IMG/VR virus record: IMGVR_UViG_3300047507_000013
Span: 1-43,441 of that record
Length of the DNA stretch: 43,441 nt
Source: a virus
Lineage: Duplodnaviria > Caudoviricetes
Direction: 5' to 3' (one strand)
Shown: in pieces, positions 23,634 to 32,570 of the stretch
Numbering within the stretch: the first letter of the stretch is position 1
How the letters are laid out: each line of letters starts with the position of its first letter
Program-made: the position numbers and the translations under genes
Notes under the pieces: model-generated
The model's database searches: none
Seen by the model: the letters and a program-made list of their open reading frames with translations, nothing else
Told to the model about the DNA's origin: nothing

Positions 23634-25045
23634 TGCGCTTCTCCTGTGGCCGAGACCGGGACCGAGCCAGGCTCGCCGGCCGGCGGCTGCTTTGTCTGTG
23701 TTTCCTTCGGCGTGAACGGGAAGGGTGCTCCCGTCGATTTCTTCGTGAGCACGGCGTCTTCCGATTTCCTGGCCATCTCCTCATCGACGTTGACGCCGGG
23801 GATCCGGCTCAGGAAAAGTTCGTCAGAAATTTTCCCGGATATCGCTGCCGGCAGGAAGACGTCTCTCAAATTCTGCCAGGTCTGGGCGCTAATGAAAGGA
23901 ATGTCCACGGTTATTTTGTCCGGATCCAGCCGCGTCGAGCGTTGTTCGGCTCCGGTTTCTTTATTAAAAATCTCCATGGCGTTAGCAATCATTTCCTGGT
24001 AGCCGCCCTTCCATGTTTGCCGCTCTTTGAGAGTCGCAGCAAATATTAACTCCAGGAAATTGTCGGCCGTCGCCCTATTTGAAAGAAGCTCCGGGAATCC
24101 CAGGAAATGGACCGGGACTCCCGTGGCGCCGCTGATGACCTTGGCCAGGACCGTGATCTCTTTGATCAACGAATCGACGCCGTCCATGCTCGGCTGGCCG
24201 TATTGAAATTCTCCGTTAGTGCAAAGGCCCTTTTTAATTTTCCAATTCAATTGATCCAGCAGCGCCTGGGCCTTCTGGGCGTCGTTAGCGTTTTCGAATT
24301 TGAACCAGGGCAGGGGCGCCGCAAATATCCGGTCGATCTCCCGTAGGTCCCTCAGCGCCTTGTCCAGATCATCGATCTTGGAAAGGCATTTCATGATCTT
24401 CGGCGCCGCGCTGTTCGGATCGTTGACTCGGCCGCCGAATTTTTTATAAATAAATTCCGGCGGACTCAGCGTGACGTCTTGCCCTTTTTCGTCTTTCCAG
24501 ATCACAGTTTTAATGTCTAAATAATCCTGGGGATTGGGCGTGACTTTATATTTCTTTGAGAGCCAGGAAACATAGCGGGCCGATACCATTTCGTCTTCTT
24601 TCTCCCAAAAAAGCCGGATCAGGATCTTGCCTTCGATCTCCGCCTCTTTGGCGAATTCCTGGATAACCTCTTTGTCCAGGTCGTTATATTCAAGGAAATT
24701 CTGGGCGAATTCAAGCTCCGCCGCCGCCTCTCCCTTTTTCTTTTCCGCGATTTTGACGCCTTCGGCAATGATGAAGGCCGCCCGAAGGTCGATGATGTTT
24801 CCGGTCTGGACGACTCCCCAATCGGCCGTACCGTTATATTTGTTGTTGATCTCCAGAACGGCCGAGTCGTAGGTCTGGTAATAATTCGACCGGTATTTTT
24901 TCATCTCTTCCCGGGCCGTTAAAATGTCCTGGGCCATTTGGGCCTGGACGATCTTGGCTCGCTGCAGGTCGATGATCAGCCGGTCAATCTGTTTCCGGTC
25001 CCGGCCGTGTTGACGGACGTCTTCAAAAAAAGTAGCTATACTCAT
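23630..25045 (-). CDS. Portal protein
   Basis: 471 aa directly after TerL, with the ISGATGVPVHFLG...NRATA portal motif. Confidence 0.85.
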   Translation of the reverse strand: MSIATFFEDVRQHGRDRKQIDRLIIDLQRAKIVQAQMAQDILTAREEMKKYRSNYYQTYDSAVLEINNKYNGTADWGVVQTGNIIDLRAAFIIAEGVKIAEKKKGEAAAELEFAQNFLEYNDLDKEVIQEFAKEAEIEGKILIRLFWEKEDEMVSARYVSWLSKKYKVTPNPQDYLDIKTVIWKDEKGQDVTLSPPEFIYKKFGGRVNDPNSAAPKIMKCLSKIDDLDKALRDLREIDRIFAAPLPWFKFENANDAQKAQALLDQLNWKIKKGLCTNGEFQYGQPSMDGVDSLIKEITVLAKVISGATGVPVHFLGFPELLSNRATADNFLELIFAATLKERQTWKGGYQEMIANAMEIFNKETGAEQRSTRLDPDKITVDIPFISAQTWQNLRDVFLPAAISGKISDELFLSRIPGVNVDEEMARKSEDAVLTKKSTGAPFPFTPKETQTKQPPAGEPGSVPVSATGEAQ

Positions 25046-25057
25046 GGATCCCCCCGC

Positions 25058-26287
25058 TTAATAAATATCTTCTTTGGTAACCCCGATGAAGGCTCCGCCC
25101 TCATTCGCTCCAAGGTGCGTGTAGAGGGCGTACCGTTTGGCATCGGGAGAATGGTCCCATAATTTTACAGGCTCGTCAAGAATATTTTCATTTTTATCTT
25201 TTCTCCACTTGTAGGCGCTCTCCTCTTTGATAAAGTTCGGGCTCTCATTCGTGGTCAGGACTTTAAATCGTTTGCAGAATTCGATCCCTGGGAGGACCGC
25301 GTTGTCTCCGGCGCAGACGTTGAAGCCGGCCCCGTTCAGCTCCTGGATCCGGCCCGGGTCCTCCGGGTCTGCGTAGATCGGCCGCCGGCGCTCATAGGGC
25401 GTCATTCGGAGCTTCATCAAATCGATGAGCTCCGGCGTGGTCAGGCGGGTCTGATAAATGATCTCCCGGATCATCGCCTGTCTTTCCTTGATCCCGATCT
25501 CGAGCAGCACGGTCGGGTTATTGAATCCGAAATCCAGCCCGTAGAAATATTCGTCCGCTTTGGGCAGCGTCGGCACCACGGCCGGGGCTCCATAAATCAG
25601 TTCTTTGAATTCCGCCCATTCGCCCAACCCATAAATTTTCCAATAGGCCATGTCCTGCTTTTCCAGGGCCTCGAGTTCCTTCACATAATCCGGATCCAGA
25701 AATGGGTTGTCTCTGTAGGTGCTGATGATCAGGTCGTATTTTTCCGTGGGCATTAATTTCGTCCGGACCCAGCCCGTGAAATCGGAGGGGTTGCAGCTCA
25801 GGAAAACCTGGTTGATATCGCCGGCGGCCTTGGCCGCGCTCATCCGGAGCTTCAGGATCCTGAAGTCTTCATAATTAAATTCATTCGCCTCTTCCATGTG
25901 GGCGTAATTGAATTCCTGGCTCTTGATCTTCTCCGGATCGTCGATCGACGTGAAGAGCCAGAGGCTTCCGTTATAAGGATTCCGGAGCGTATGCTCGCTC
26001 TTGTTGTGATCTAAAAATTGATAAACCTTCCGCTCCTGAAGCATGGTGATGGCCATCTCGTAGGTCGACATGCGCAGGGCCGGGAAGGTTTTTCTTGCCG
26101 TTAGGATCCGCTTCTTTTTTTCCGTTAAAAATCGGAAGGCCAGAAGCTGGGTGATCGAATAAGATTTGGAGCTTCGCGCTCCCCCGATGTTTAAAACAAG
26201 CGGCTGCCGGGAGGCAGCATTCTTGTAGAATATTTCCGTCGCCGGCCAGGTCTCACCGCTATCCTTTTTTTGGGCCGCTGGTTCCAT
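25058..26287 (-). CDS. terL: Terminase large subunit (PBSX-like)
   Basis: Walker A GGARSSKS, Walker B HMEEANE, motif III SCNP, and nuclease motifs GLDFG and DHSPDAKRYA. Confidence 0.95.
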   Translation of the reverse strand: MEPAAQKKDSGETWPATEIFYKNAASRQPLVLNIGGARSSKSYSITQLLAFRFLTEKKKRILTARKTFPALRMSTYEMAITMLQERKVYQFLDHNKSEHTLRNPYNGSLWLFTSIDDPEKIKSQEFNYAHMEEANEFNYEDFRILKLRMSAAKAAGDINQVFLSCNPSDFTGWVRTKLMPTEKYDLIISTYRDNPFLDPDYVKELEALEKQDMAYWKIYGLGEWAEFKELIYGAPAVVPTLPKADEYFYGLDFGFNNPTVLLEIGIKERQAMIREIIYQTRLTTPELIDLMKLRMTPYERRRPIYADPEDPGRIQELNGAGFNVCAGDNAVLPGIEFCKRFKVLTTNESPNFIKEESAYKWRKDKNENILDEPVKLWDHSPDAKRYALYTHLGANEGGAFIGVTKEDIY

Positions 26288-26696
26288 TGTCGGCCTTCGG
26301 CTTTTTCCATTCGTGCGGGACGATCGTCACCTTGATCGGGAATTCCCCGCCGGCCAGGGCGACGTCCGAGATGTCTTTCATCCCCAGCCAGTTCTTCGCC
26401 AGGAAAATCTGCAGCGCCGGGTTTCCCTTGTCCGCGTTCTCTTTCATTTTCTGAAGCAGGGAGACGTTTCTTGTAGCCTCCCCTTTTTTTATAGCGTCCG
26501 CAAAATCCGGCCGCTCTTCTTTCCACCTTGTTATGCTGTCTTCGGAGACGTGCCAGAACCAGGCCATTTGCCTATGGGGCAGGCCGATCTGGGCCAGGGC
26601 CTCCGCCTCTATGATGAATTTCTCCTGGAATTTCGAAGGCCGCCCGGGCTCCCCGTTTGTCTTCCCGTTCTTCTGAACGTGGTTAGGCTTGCTCAT
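26259..26696 (-). CDS. terS: Terminase small subunit
   Basis: GRPSKF...HTH...WKEERPDFADAIKKG...IFLAKN pattern, immediately upstream of TerL. Confidence 0.85.
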   Translation of the reverse strand: MSKPNHVQKNGKTNGEPGRPSKFQEKFIIEAEALAQIGLPHRQMAWFWHVSEDSITRWKEERPDFADAIKKGEATRNVSLLQKMKENADKGNPALQIFLAKNWLGMKDISDVALAGGEFPIKVTIVPHEWKKPKADNGTSGPKKG

Positions 26697-26881
26697 TTTT
26701 TTATTTTTTCGGGCGACGCGTGCTCATCACACCAGTCCGGCTTACGGGTTCTGTCTGTGGCCGATACCGAGCGCCGCCCGTCCTTTGTCATCAGTTCGTC
26801 CATTCCCCTGGCCATCGCAGCCGCGAAAGCGAGTCTATCCTCAGCAAATATTTGTCGGTTCGTTTTTTTCTTTCCGTTCAT
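26693..26881 (-). CDS. Small hypothetical protein
   Basis: 62 aa with ATGA overlaps at both ends. Confidence 0.55.
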   Translation of the reverse strand: MNGKKKTNRQIFAEDRLAFAAAMARGMDELMTKDGRRSVSATDRTRKPDWCDEHASPEKIKK

Positions 26882-27945
26882 TTTCTGTATCCTTTGATCG
26901 GCGTTAACCGCGTGAAATCGAAAATCCAGGGCCTCTCCGCGGCCAGGCCCTTCAGCCCCCCCGCCGCGGCGATCGCTTCCTGGATCCTGTTCAGGCTGGT
27001 CTTATATTTCAGCGCCAGGATGATCTCTCCGCCCCGCCAGTCGATCATGAATTGACGCCAGGCTTCAGGCCAAATATGGCGCAGGAATCTATATCCACTA
27101 TTTGTGTATTGCGATCCGCCGCCGCAGAAAACGCAGCCGATCGTCTGTGCTCCTAGCGCCCTGGCTGGGTGCCGGACGATCGGGTGCGCTTTTATGTAGG
27201 CGGCGATGTCGGCATCCGTCCAGCCGGTCAGCGGGTTACAAATCCAGAGCTTATCTCGCTCCTGAAAAAAAAGGCTCCCGTCCTTGATCGTCCTCATGCC
27301 GCGCAGGTTATCATCCGCCTGACCGCGTTTTCCTGTAAATTGAAGCGTGCAACCGAGGTTCCGCGCTACTGCCCGGGCCGGCCCAATCTTCATCGCCCTG
27401 CAGCATTCCGAAACGTTGAGCCTGAAGCCCAAGCCCGTGTGTCTTTGATTCCAGAATCGCGCCGCCGTCTTCCCCAGCATCGGCCAGCCGGTCTTCTCCC
27501 ATTGCTCGAGCGGCGTTTGCCGCGCCCTGGCGATCCGCAGGTCCAGCCCTTCATATCGTTTCTTGTAATAATGGTTTAGGGTGTCTCTTATGAATGTCTC
27601 GCTTCCCGGGTACTCCATTTGGGTGTCGGCCCAGATAATGGTGGGCGCATCGACGACCGTTTCTAAAACCAGATCTAGCAGCACCAGGCTGTCGTCGCCT
27701 CCGGAAAAGGCCAGGCAGGTCTTATCTTTTGGCTGCCAGCAGTCGACCTTCCGAATCATCTTCTCGGCTCGCTTGATTTTCGCCGTAAAGCCTTTCTCGC
27801 TCCAGCCGGGGGTCTCCGGCCCCAGCCATACCGGGATGATGATCGTCTCCTGCTCGCTTAAAATCGCCCGGACCAGGCCCTCCTGGATCTTCCATCCCGT
27901 CCTGTCCAGGACCGTCCTCTCGGCAATGTCCTTGAATTCTTTCAT
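26878..27945 (-). CDS. Phosphoadenosine phosphosulfate (PAPS) reductase-family protein
   Basis: PP-loop LAFSGGDDS, ECC..MK..P, G.R..D...R, NPLTGWTDADI and GCVFC. Start trimmed to the ATGA-coupled ATG at 27945. Confidence 0.85.
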   Translation of the reverse strand: MKEFKDIAERTVLDRTGWKIQEGLVRAILSEQETIIIPVWLGPETPGWSEKGFTAKIKRAEKMIRKVDCWQPKDKTCLAFSGGDDSLVLLDLVLETVVDAPTIIWADTQMEYPGSETFIRDTLNHYYKKRYEGLDLRIARARQTPLEQWEKTGWPMLGKTAARFWNQRHTGLGFRLNVSECCRAMKIGPARAVARNLGCTLQFTGKRGQADDNLRGMRTIKDGSLFFQERDKLWICNPLTGWTDADIAAYIKAHPIVRHPARALGAQTIGCVFCGGGSQYTNSGYRFLRHIWPEAWRQFMIDWRGGEIILALKYKTSLNRIQEAIAAAGGLKGLAAERPWIFDFTRLTPIKGYRK

Positions 27946-29237
27946 TCCTTTTTCCTTTTGGGGATCTGACAACGAGTCTTTGTCGCCCGGATCTGGGCCT
28001 CTGTCTGGCCGCCCAGCGCCGCGAATCGGCGGATCATGACGTCGACATAGGGCGGATCGATTTCCATCGTCCGGCAAATCCGCCCCTCCCGCTCCGCGGC
28101 GACCAGCGTCGATCCGGATCCTCCGAATGGATCCAGGACCGTCTCTCCCGGCCGGCTCGAATTCCTGATGGCTCGCTGGACCAGGGCCAGCGGTTTTCGC
28201 GTCGGGTGGAGCATCGTCGAGCTCCCCCGCCTGGCAATCTCCCAGACGTCCGCTTCGTCCCGGATGTCCAGGAAATAATGCTTCCCGCCCTTCCAGCCAT
28301 AAAGGATCGGCAGGGCCTGCTTTCGCTTCGAAGCCTGGGCCTTGAGCAGCATCTCATGCTTATGGTGGTAATCGCTCCAGCCGAGGCTCGAGGCGTTCTT
28401 GATCCAAATGATCGGCGTCGAGAAAGTCATCCCCGTGGCTTTGATGGCATAGATGAAAGCCGGGTAGGAGCTGTAGCCGCTGCAGATGTAAAAAACGCCG
28501 CCGGCCTTGGTATGGTCTTTCATCCGGGCCATGAAGGCCAGGCTGAATTCGATGAATCTCTCTTCGCTCACGTTGTCGCCGGCGATCGGGCCGTATTTCG
28601 TCCCTTCGTATTTGACGTTGTACGGCGGATCCGTGAAGACCAGGTCCGCTTTCTTGTCCCCCATCAGCGCTGCATAGGCCCATTCCTTTGTCGCGTCGCC
28701 ACAGAGGATCTTGTGTTTCCCGGCCAGGAAAAGATCGCCCGGCCGCGTCTCGGATTTCTTCTCCGCCGGCGGCACCATGTCTTCCCGGGTCTGGTCAAAA
28801 CGATTCGGGCCGAATTGGTTTAAAAGGTTGTCGATCGAAATGGGCTTGCCCAGCTCGATCTTGAAAAGTTCGGTCTTGATTTTATCCTTGGCTTCAAATA
28901 AAAGCTCCGCCAGGTTTTGATCATCCCAGCCGGCGATGTTGTCGTTGTCGGAGAGGGCGTACTTCAATTTCTCCGCGTCGGTTGGGGCCTTGACGATCGA
29001 AATGCCGGCGCTCAGGGCGCCCAGGTCCTGGAGCGCCCGGAGGCGCTGGTTCCCGCCCAGGACAATGTATTTCCCGCCTTCCCTGCAGCAGACCAGCCGC
29101 TTGTAGAGCCCGAGCTCGAGGATCTGGGCTTTGAGCCGCTCGAAGTCGGCTTTCTTGACCATGGTCTTCGGGTTTTTCTTCCAGCCGATGAGGTCATGCA
29201 GCGGGACGGTTTTTTCTTCGGCGGTTTTGATCTCCAT
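27942..29237 (-). CDS. ParB-N domain fused to a beta-class DNA (N6-A/N4-C) methyltransferase
   Basis: KNPK..VLGGNQRLRAL (ParB-like), then DLVFTDPPY, HPTRKP and VLDPFGGSGST. Confidence 0.92.
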   Translation of the reverse strand: MEIKTAEEKTVPLHDLIGWKKNPKTMVKKADFERLKAQILELGLYKRLVCCREGGKYIVLGGNQRLRALQDLGALSAGISIVKAPTDAEKLKYALSDNDNIAGWDDQNLAELLFEAKDKIKTELFKIELGKPISIDNLLNQFGPNRFDQTREDMVPPAEKKSETRPGDLFLAGKHKILCGDATKEWAYAALMGDKKADLVFTDPPYNVKYEGTKYGPIAGDNVSEERFIEFSLAFMARMKDHTKAGGVFYICSGYSSYPAFIYAIKATGMTFSTPIIWIKNASSLGWSDYHHKHEMLLKAQASKRKQALPILYGWKGGKHYFLDIRDEADVWEIARRGSSTMLHPTRKPLALVQRAIRNSSRPGETVLDPFGGSGSTLVAAEREGRICRTMEIDPPYVDVMIRRFAALGGQTEAQIRATKTRCQIPKRKKE

Positions 29238-29327
29238 TTTATTTCCTTGGGCGGCGGCCCTCCATATAATTTCAGGCAGCCGGTAAGTCCCCGCTGATCC
29301 AGGGGTCCCGAGCGCCGCCCTTTGTCA

Positions 29328-29474
29328 TCAATCCATAAGATCCGCGTCCTCGAATTCGTCTTCCTCCTCAATCAGATCGAGAGGAAAATTCGGATTATTC
29401 TTGGCTTTGATCAAATCCAATAAATCCATCAAATCTTTAATCTCGAGATTCGGGATCGGTCTGGGTATCCTCAT
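29328..29474 (-). CDS. Small protein with acidic C-terminus
   Basis: MRIPRPIPNLEIKDLMDLLDLI...EEEDEFEDADLMD with ATGA coupling. Confidence 0.5.
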   Translation of the reverse strand: MRIPRPIPNLEIKDLMDLLDLIKAKNNPNFPLDLIEEEDEFEDADLMD

Positions 29475-29881
29475 TTTTTCTTTTTGAGTTCGGCCCGGAG
29501 CCCCTCGATCGTCATTTTCTGTTCGACGTTTTCCCATTGGAGGAAATTGTAATAAAGAACATAGCCGGGCGTGACGATGAAATAGGATTTTTTGGGATCC
29601 TCTTTCGGCTCGAATGCCGGCAGCGCTCCCTCTACGATCTTGCCCACGATCCTGGCGCCTTCCATGGGCGGCGACGTCGCCGGCGGCTTGTATTGCGTGC
29701 AGGCCGCCTGCAGCAGCAGCGCCGCGGCCGCGGCTGTCAGGAAATGGCCGGCCTTCCGCGGCCGGCGCAGGGATCCCTTTTTAATGGATTTCCAGCCCTT
29801 AGCTAAAAAACTTATCAGAAAAAGCGTTGAGAGCAGGAATATCCATCTTCGCCAGGGCCTCTCTGAATTTGACGCGGTCAT
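29471..29881 (-). CDS. Lipoprotein, o-spanin (Rz1)-like
   Basis: Start embedded in the 3' end of the preceding gene. Hydrophobic segments, lipobox LQAAC and a Pro-rich linker. Located in the endolysin cassette. Confidence 0.55.
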   Translation of the reverse strand: MTASNSERPWRRWIFLLSTLFLISFLAKGWKSIKKGSLRRPRKAGHFLTAAAAALLLQAACTQYKPPATSPPMEGARIVGKIVEGALPAFEPKEDPKKSYFIVTPGYVLYYNFLQWENVEQKMTIEGLRAELKKKK

Positions 29882-30020
29882 TCTCTCTCTCTTTCCGGAG
29901 GGCCATAATCTCTTTGTCGATCTGGTCTGAAATCTCCGGCTTGATTGTTTTTAAAATTTCCAGAATCATCTCCGGGTTCAAAAACCCGAGCAGGCTTTTA
30001 AAGATTTGAGCCAATTCCAT
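29799..30020 (-). CDS. Small lysis-cassette protein, i-spanin (Rz)-like
   Basis: 73 aa with an amphipathic N-terminus and coiled coil. AGGAGG RBS. Overlaps the lipoprotein gene. Confidence 0.5.
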   Translation of the reverse strand: MELAQIFKSLLGFLNPEMILEILKTIKPEISDQIDKEIMALRKERENDRVKFREALAKMDIPALNAFSDKFFS

Positions 30021-30202
30021 CAAAGCGCCTCCTTTCTGTTCAACCTCATTGTCACTTTGAAACATGGCATCGTTCCCTTTTCTATGGGCGTCATATATGC
30101 CAAGGTTACAGATATAATTTTCCCATCTCTCAGATGCTGGCCTTTTTTATAAAATTGAGGGGTATATGTATAAAATATTTTTTTCTTTTTGAATGGCCAC
30201 AT
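30020..30202 (-). CDS. AT-rich 60-aa hypothetical protein (moron-like)
   Basis: MWPFKKKKIFY... with AGGAGG RBS. Bracketed by 16-bp direct repeats. Confidence 0.6.
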   Translation of the reverse strand: MWPFKKKKIFYTYTPQFYKKGQHLRDGKIISVTLAYMTPIEKGTMPCFKVTMRLNRKEAL

Positions 30203-30729
30203 CAAAGCGCCTCCTGTACTAAATTTAAAAAAGCCGTCAAATTGAAAAGCCGCCCCGGGCAATCCGTCTCGTTCAACGTATCGTGGCGATAAATTTTTCC
30301 AAGCGGGATCCCGGTGGTTCTCATCCAATAGGCCACGATCACAGCGCCGGTCTCGAGCTCCGCCGTCGACGGCGTCCGGAGATTGAAATCGCCGACGAAA
30401 CAAAGTCCCAGCGCCCGGGTGTTGTGCTTCAGGCAATGGGCGCCTTGTGCGTCCCAGGGTCGGCCCATCAGGATCTCATAACCATGCTCCAGGAGCTCGA
30501 TGCCGGCGTGATAGCCGATATCGATCCAGGGCGGCTTGAATTTTTTCCCTTCATGGGCGCCTAACCGCCGGCCATATTCCTGCTGGGTGACGATGATCCC
30601 GTCGACGGCCCAGCTTTTATGAAAGAGTCGGATCCCAGCCCATTGAAGCGTCGGCGCATCGAATTCGGCCGCGTGGTGGATGACGATCTCCGTAGGAATC
30701 AAGGAAAGATATTGAATCTTTTCCGCCAT
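30202..30729 (-). CDS. Endolysin, N-acetylmuramoyl-L-alanine amidase (Amidase_2)
   Basis: IVIHHA, WIDIGYH, GRPWDAQGAH, GLCFVGDF and RH....TDCPG motifs. Confidence 0.93.
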   Translation of the reverse strand: MAEKIQYLSLIPTEIVIHHAAEFDAPTLQWAGIRLFHKSWAVDGIIVTQQEYGRRLGAHEGKKFKPPWIDIGYHAGIELLEHGYEILMGRPWDAQGAHCLKHNTRALGLCFVGDFNLRTPSTAELETGAVIVAYWMRTTGIPLGKIYRHDTLNETDCPGRLFNLTAFLNLVQEAL

Positions 30730-30745
30730 TTTTTAGCCCTCCTCT

Positions 30746-30774
30746 TTCATACTCCGATCCCGGGCCTTTGTCAA
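30746..30774 (-). promoter_or_regulatory. Possible late/lysis promoter
   Basis: TTGACA, 17 bp spacer, TATGAA upstream of the endolysin RBS. The -10 box is imperfect. Confidence 0.45.
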
Positions 30775-30776
30775 TT

Positions 30777-31067
30777 TCACTTCGGAATTATCGGAAAGGG
30801 GACTTCCAGAATCTGGATGTCCTCTCCGGTTCGCTTCCGCAGCGCCTCTCGCTTGGCCTGGACTTTCTCCCAGGCTTCCTGGCTTACTTTTTGCATGTAG
30901 GCGATCTGATCGGTCCTTATGTAGACCTCTTCTCCAAAAATCGTTTTTGTGGCGATGACCGGATCCGTGAAGAGCTGGTGCGTCTCTTCTCCGATCGAGG
31001 CTTCGTAGGCGTTGTCCTCGCAGACGAGTTGCATTGCCGTGCCGGCAAATGAAAAAACCCAGGGCAT
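30777..31067 (-). CDS. Hypothetical protein
   Basis: 96 aa with AAGGAGG RBS. Confidence 0.7.
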   Translation of the reverse strand: MPWVFSFAGTAMQLVCEDNAYEASIGEETHQLFTDPVIATKTIFGEEVYIRTDQIAYMQKVSQEAWEKVQAKREALRKRTGEDIQILEVPFPIIPK

Positions 31068-31079
31068 GCTGTCCTCCTT

Positions 31080-31529
31080 TTAAAATTCGATCTCGGCCGC
31101 TCGCTTAAAAAGCGACATTGGGATCTCATAGATTTTCCTGATTCCGCGGTCCGTCAGGTCCGTTATGTATTTGCTTTCAAACGTGCTCAGAAGCGCCTGG
31201 TCTATCTCCGCGGCAAAAAGGCCATTGGTGAATCGAACGCAGAGAATGTACCGGAAACCGTTCTGGGCCGCTAAATAAATGACCCGGTCCAGATGCTCTT
31301 TTCCGGCCCGGAAATTTTCATAGGTTTTCTGGTTGCAATTGCGGTAGGCTAAATCGATGTAGGCGACGGTTTTAAAATCAAAAGGCCGGACGGCGATAAA
31401 ATTCGCCGGCCTGAATCTCCAAGGCGGAAAGAAAAGCTCAAGACCCCACATCTCCTGGAGGACCTTGACCATCATCGGATCGTCCTTCCGTCCCTTCCAG
31501 GGCTCTTGGTTTTTAAACATTTTTGTCAT
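31080..31529 (-). CDS. Hypothetical protein, possibly degenerate PD-(D/E)xK fold
   Basis: PANFIAVR...VAYIDLAYRN...ILCVRFTNG. The topology resembles restriction-like nucleases, but the catalytic residues are substituted. Confidence 0.55.
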   Translation of the reverse strand: MTKMFKNQEPWKGRKDDPMMVKVLQEMWGLELFFPPWRFRPANFIAVRPFDFKTVAYIDLAYRNCNQKTYENFRAGKEHLDRVIYLAAQNGFRYILCVRFTNGLFAAEIDQALLSTFESKYITDLTDRGIRKIYEIPMSLFKRAAEIEF

Positions 31530-31872
31530 CCAAAAAACTCAGACAATGAATGGCCTGTTTTTCCGTATAATAATTTGCCAATCCCAAAAGAAAACGGAGC
31601 CCCATCGCGGCCGTCTGGGCCGCCTCTTTTTTCATCTCATCCATTCCTTCGTGGCGCCCATAGAAAAAATCCAGGGCCGCTTTCTGCAGTTCCCCGGCTT
31701 CTTCCGCCACGATGGCGGCGCCGTGGATCGGATCCGTCGGCCATCCGGGGAATTTCTCTTCCGCCTTTTCTGCTTCATCAAAAAGAAGATCGATGAATTC
31801 GCGCAGCAAAGCCTGTTTGGCAGCCTGTCCAATCCATTTCCTGGCCGATCTCGTCGATTTGTTTTTGCCCAT
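31513..31872 (-). CDS. MazG-like all-alpha NTP pyrophosphohydrolase
   Basis: IVAEEAGEL...KEAAQTAAMGLRFL motif. Confidence 0.75.
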   Translation of the reverse strand: MGKNKSTRSARKWIGQAAKQALLREFIDLLFDEAEKAEEKFPGWPTDPIHGAAIVAEEAGELQKAALDFFYGRHEGMDEMKKEAAQTAAMGLRFLLGLANYYTEKQAIHCLSFLDDKNV

Positions 31873-32570
31873 TAGGTTTCCTCCAGAAGCCGGCCCAGGT
31901 TATTTTTCTTTTTTATCTGGATCCCGGCCTTCATGAGTTCCTTGATAAACATCCAGATCTTCTGGCCGCTGGGCTCCGGCAGCCGGCAGCCTTTCGAATC
32001 GGCGCCAATGTTGACGAATTCTGGCTGGATCTCTTCGATCCAACCCATGAGGATATCCAGGTCAAATTCCATGATCGGTTCGATCGTAATAAAAACTTTG
32101 TCCCTTCGATGCAGTTTTATTTTTAAAAGCGCCTCCGCCCTTTCCCGCGGCGCCGGCGCTTTTGAATATCTGTCCATGGGCCAGTTCGTCTCGATCGTCG
32201 TTCCGAATAGAGTCGATATTGGAAAATCGGCAGCGACCGAAAAATAACCGGCCGGATTTTTGCTTTGAAAAACATATCGATTGTTCGGCCAGTCCCGGCA
32301 ATGGTCCAGGATCCTCTTTATCCAGGGCGTCAAAATTCCCGGGCCGAAGATGTCATTCATGTGTTCGATGAAAATGGTTTTCTTTTCGCCATAGGCGATC
32401 TCGAGCTCGCGCTCGTTCAGCCGGGCTGGGCCTTCGTATTTGGGCGAGACGCCGTGCGGGTTCTGCTGGACGTAGCAGTAATTGCAGCAATGGCCGCAGC
32501 GGCCCTCGAGGTGGTTATGAACGTGCGTCGTCCAATCGTACATTTGTCCTTTAGATTTCTTTAAGGGCAT
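31872..32570 (-). CDS. DUF5131 (gp37/gp68) radical-SAM-like protein
   Basis: CGHCCNYCY (CxxxCxxC), MNDIF, QSKNP, GTTIE, ITIEPI and VNIGADS. Confidence 0.85.
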   Translation of the reverse strand: MPLKKSKGQMYDWTTHVHNHLEGRCGHCCNYCYVQQNPHGVSPKYEGPARLNERELEIAYGEKKTIFIEHMNDIFGPGILTPWIKRILDHCRDWPNNRYVFQSKNPAGYFSVAADFPISTLFGTTIETNWPMDRYSKAPAPRERAEALLKIKLHRRDKVFITIEPIMEFDLDILMGWIEEIQPEFVNIGADSKGCRLPEPSGQKIWMFIKELMKAGIQIKKKNNLGRLLEET

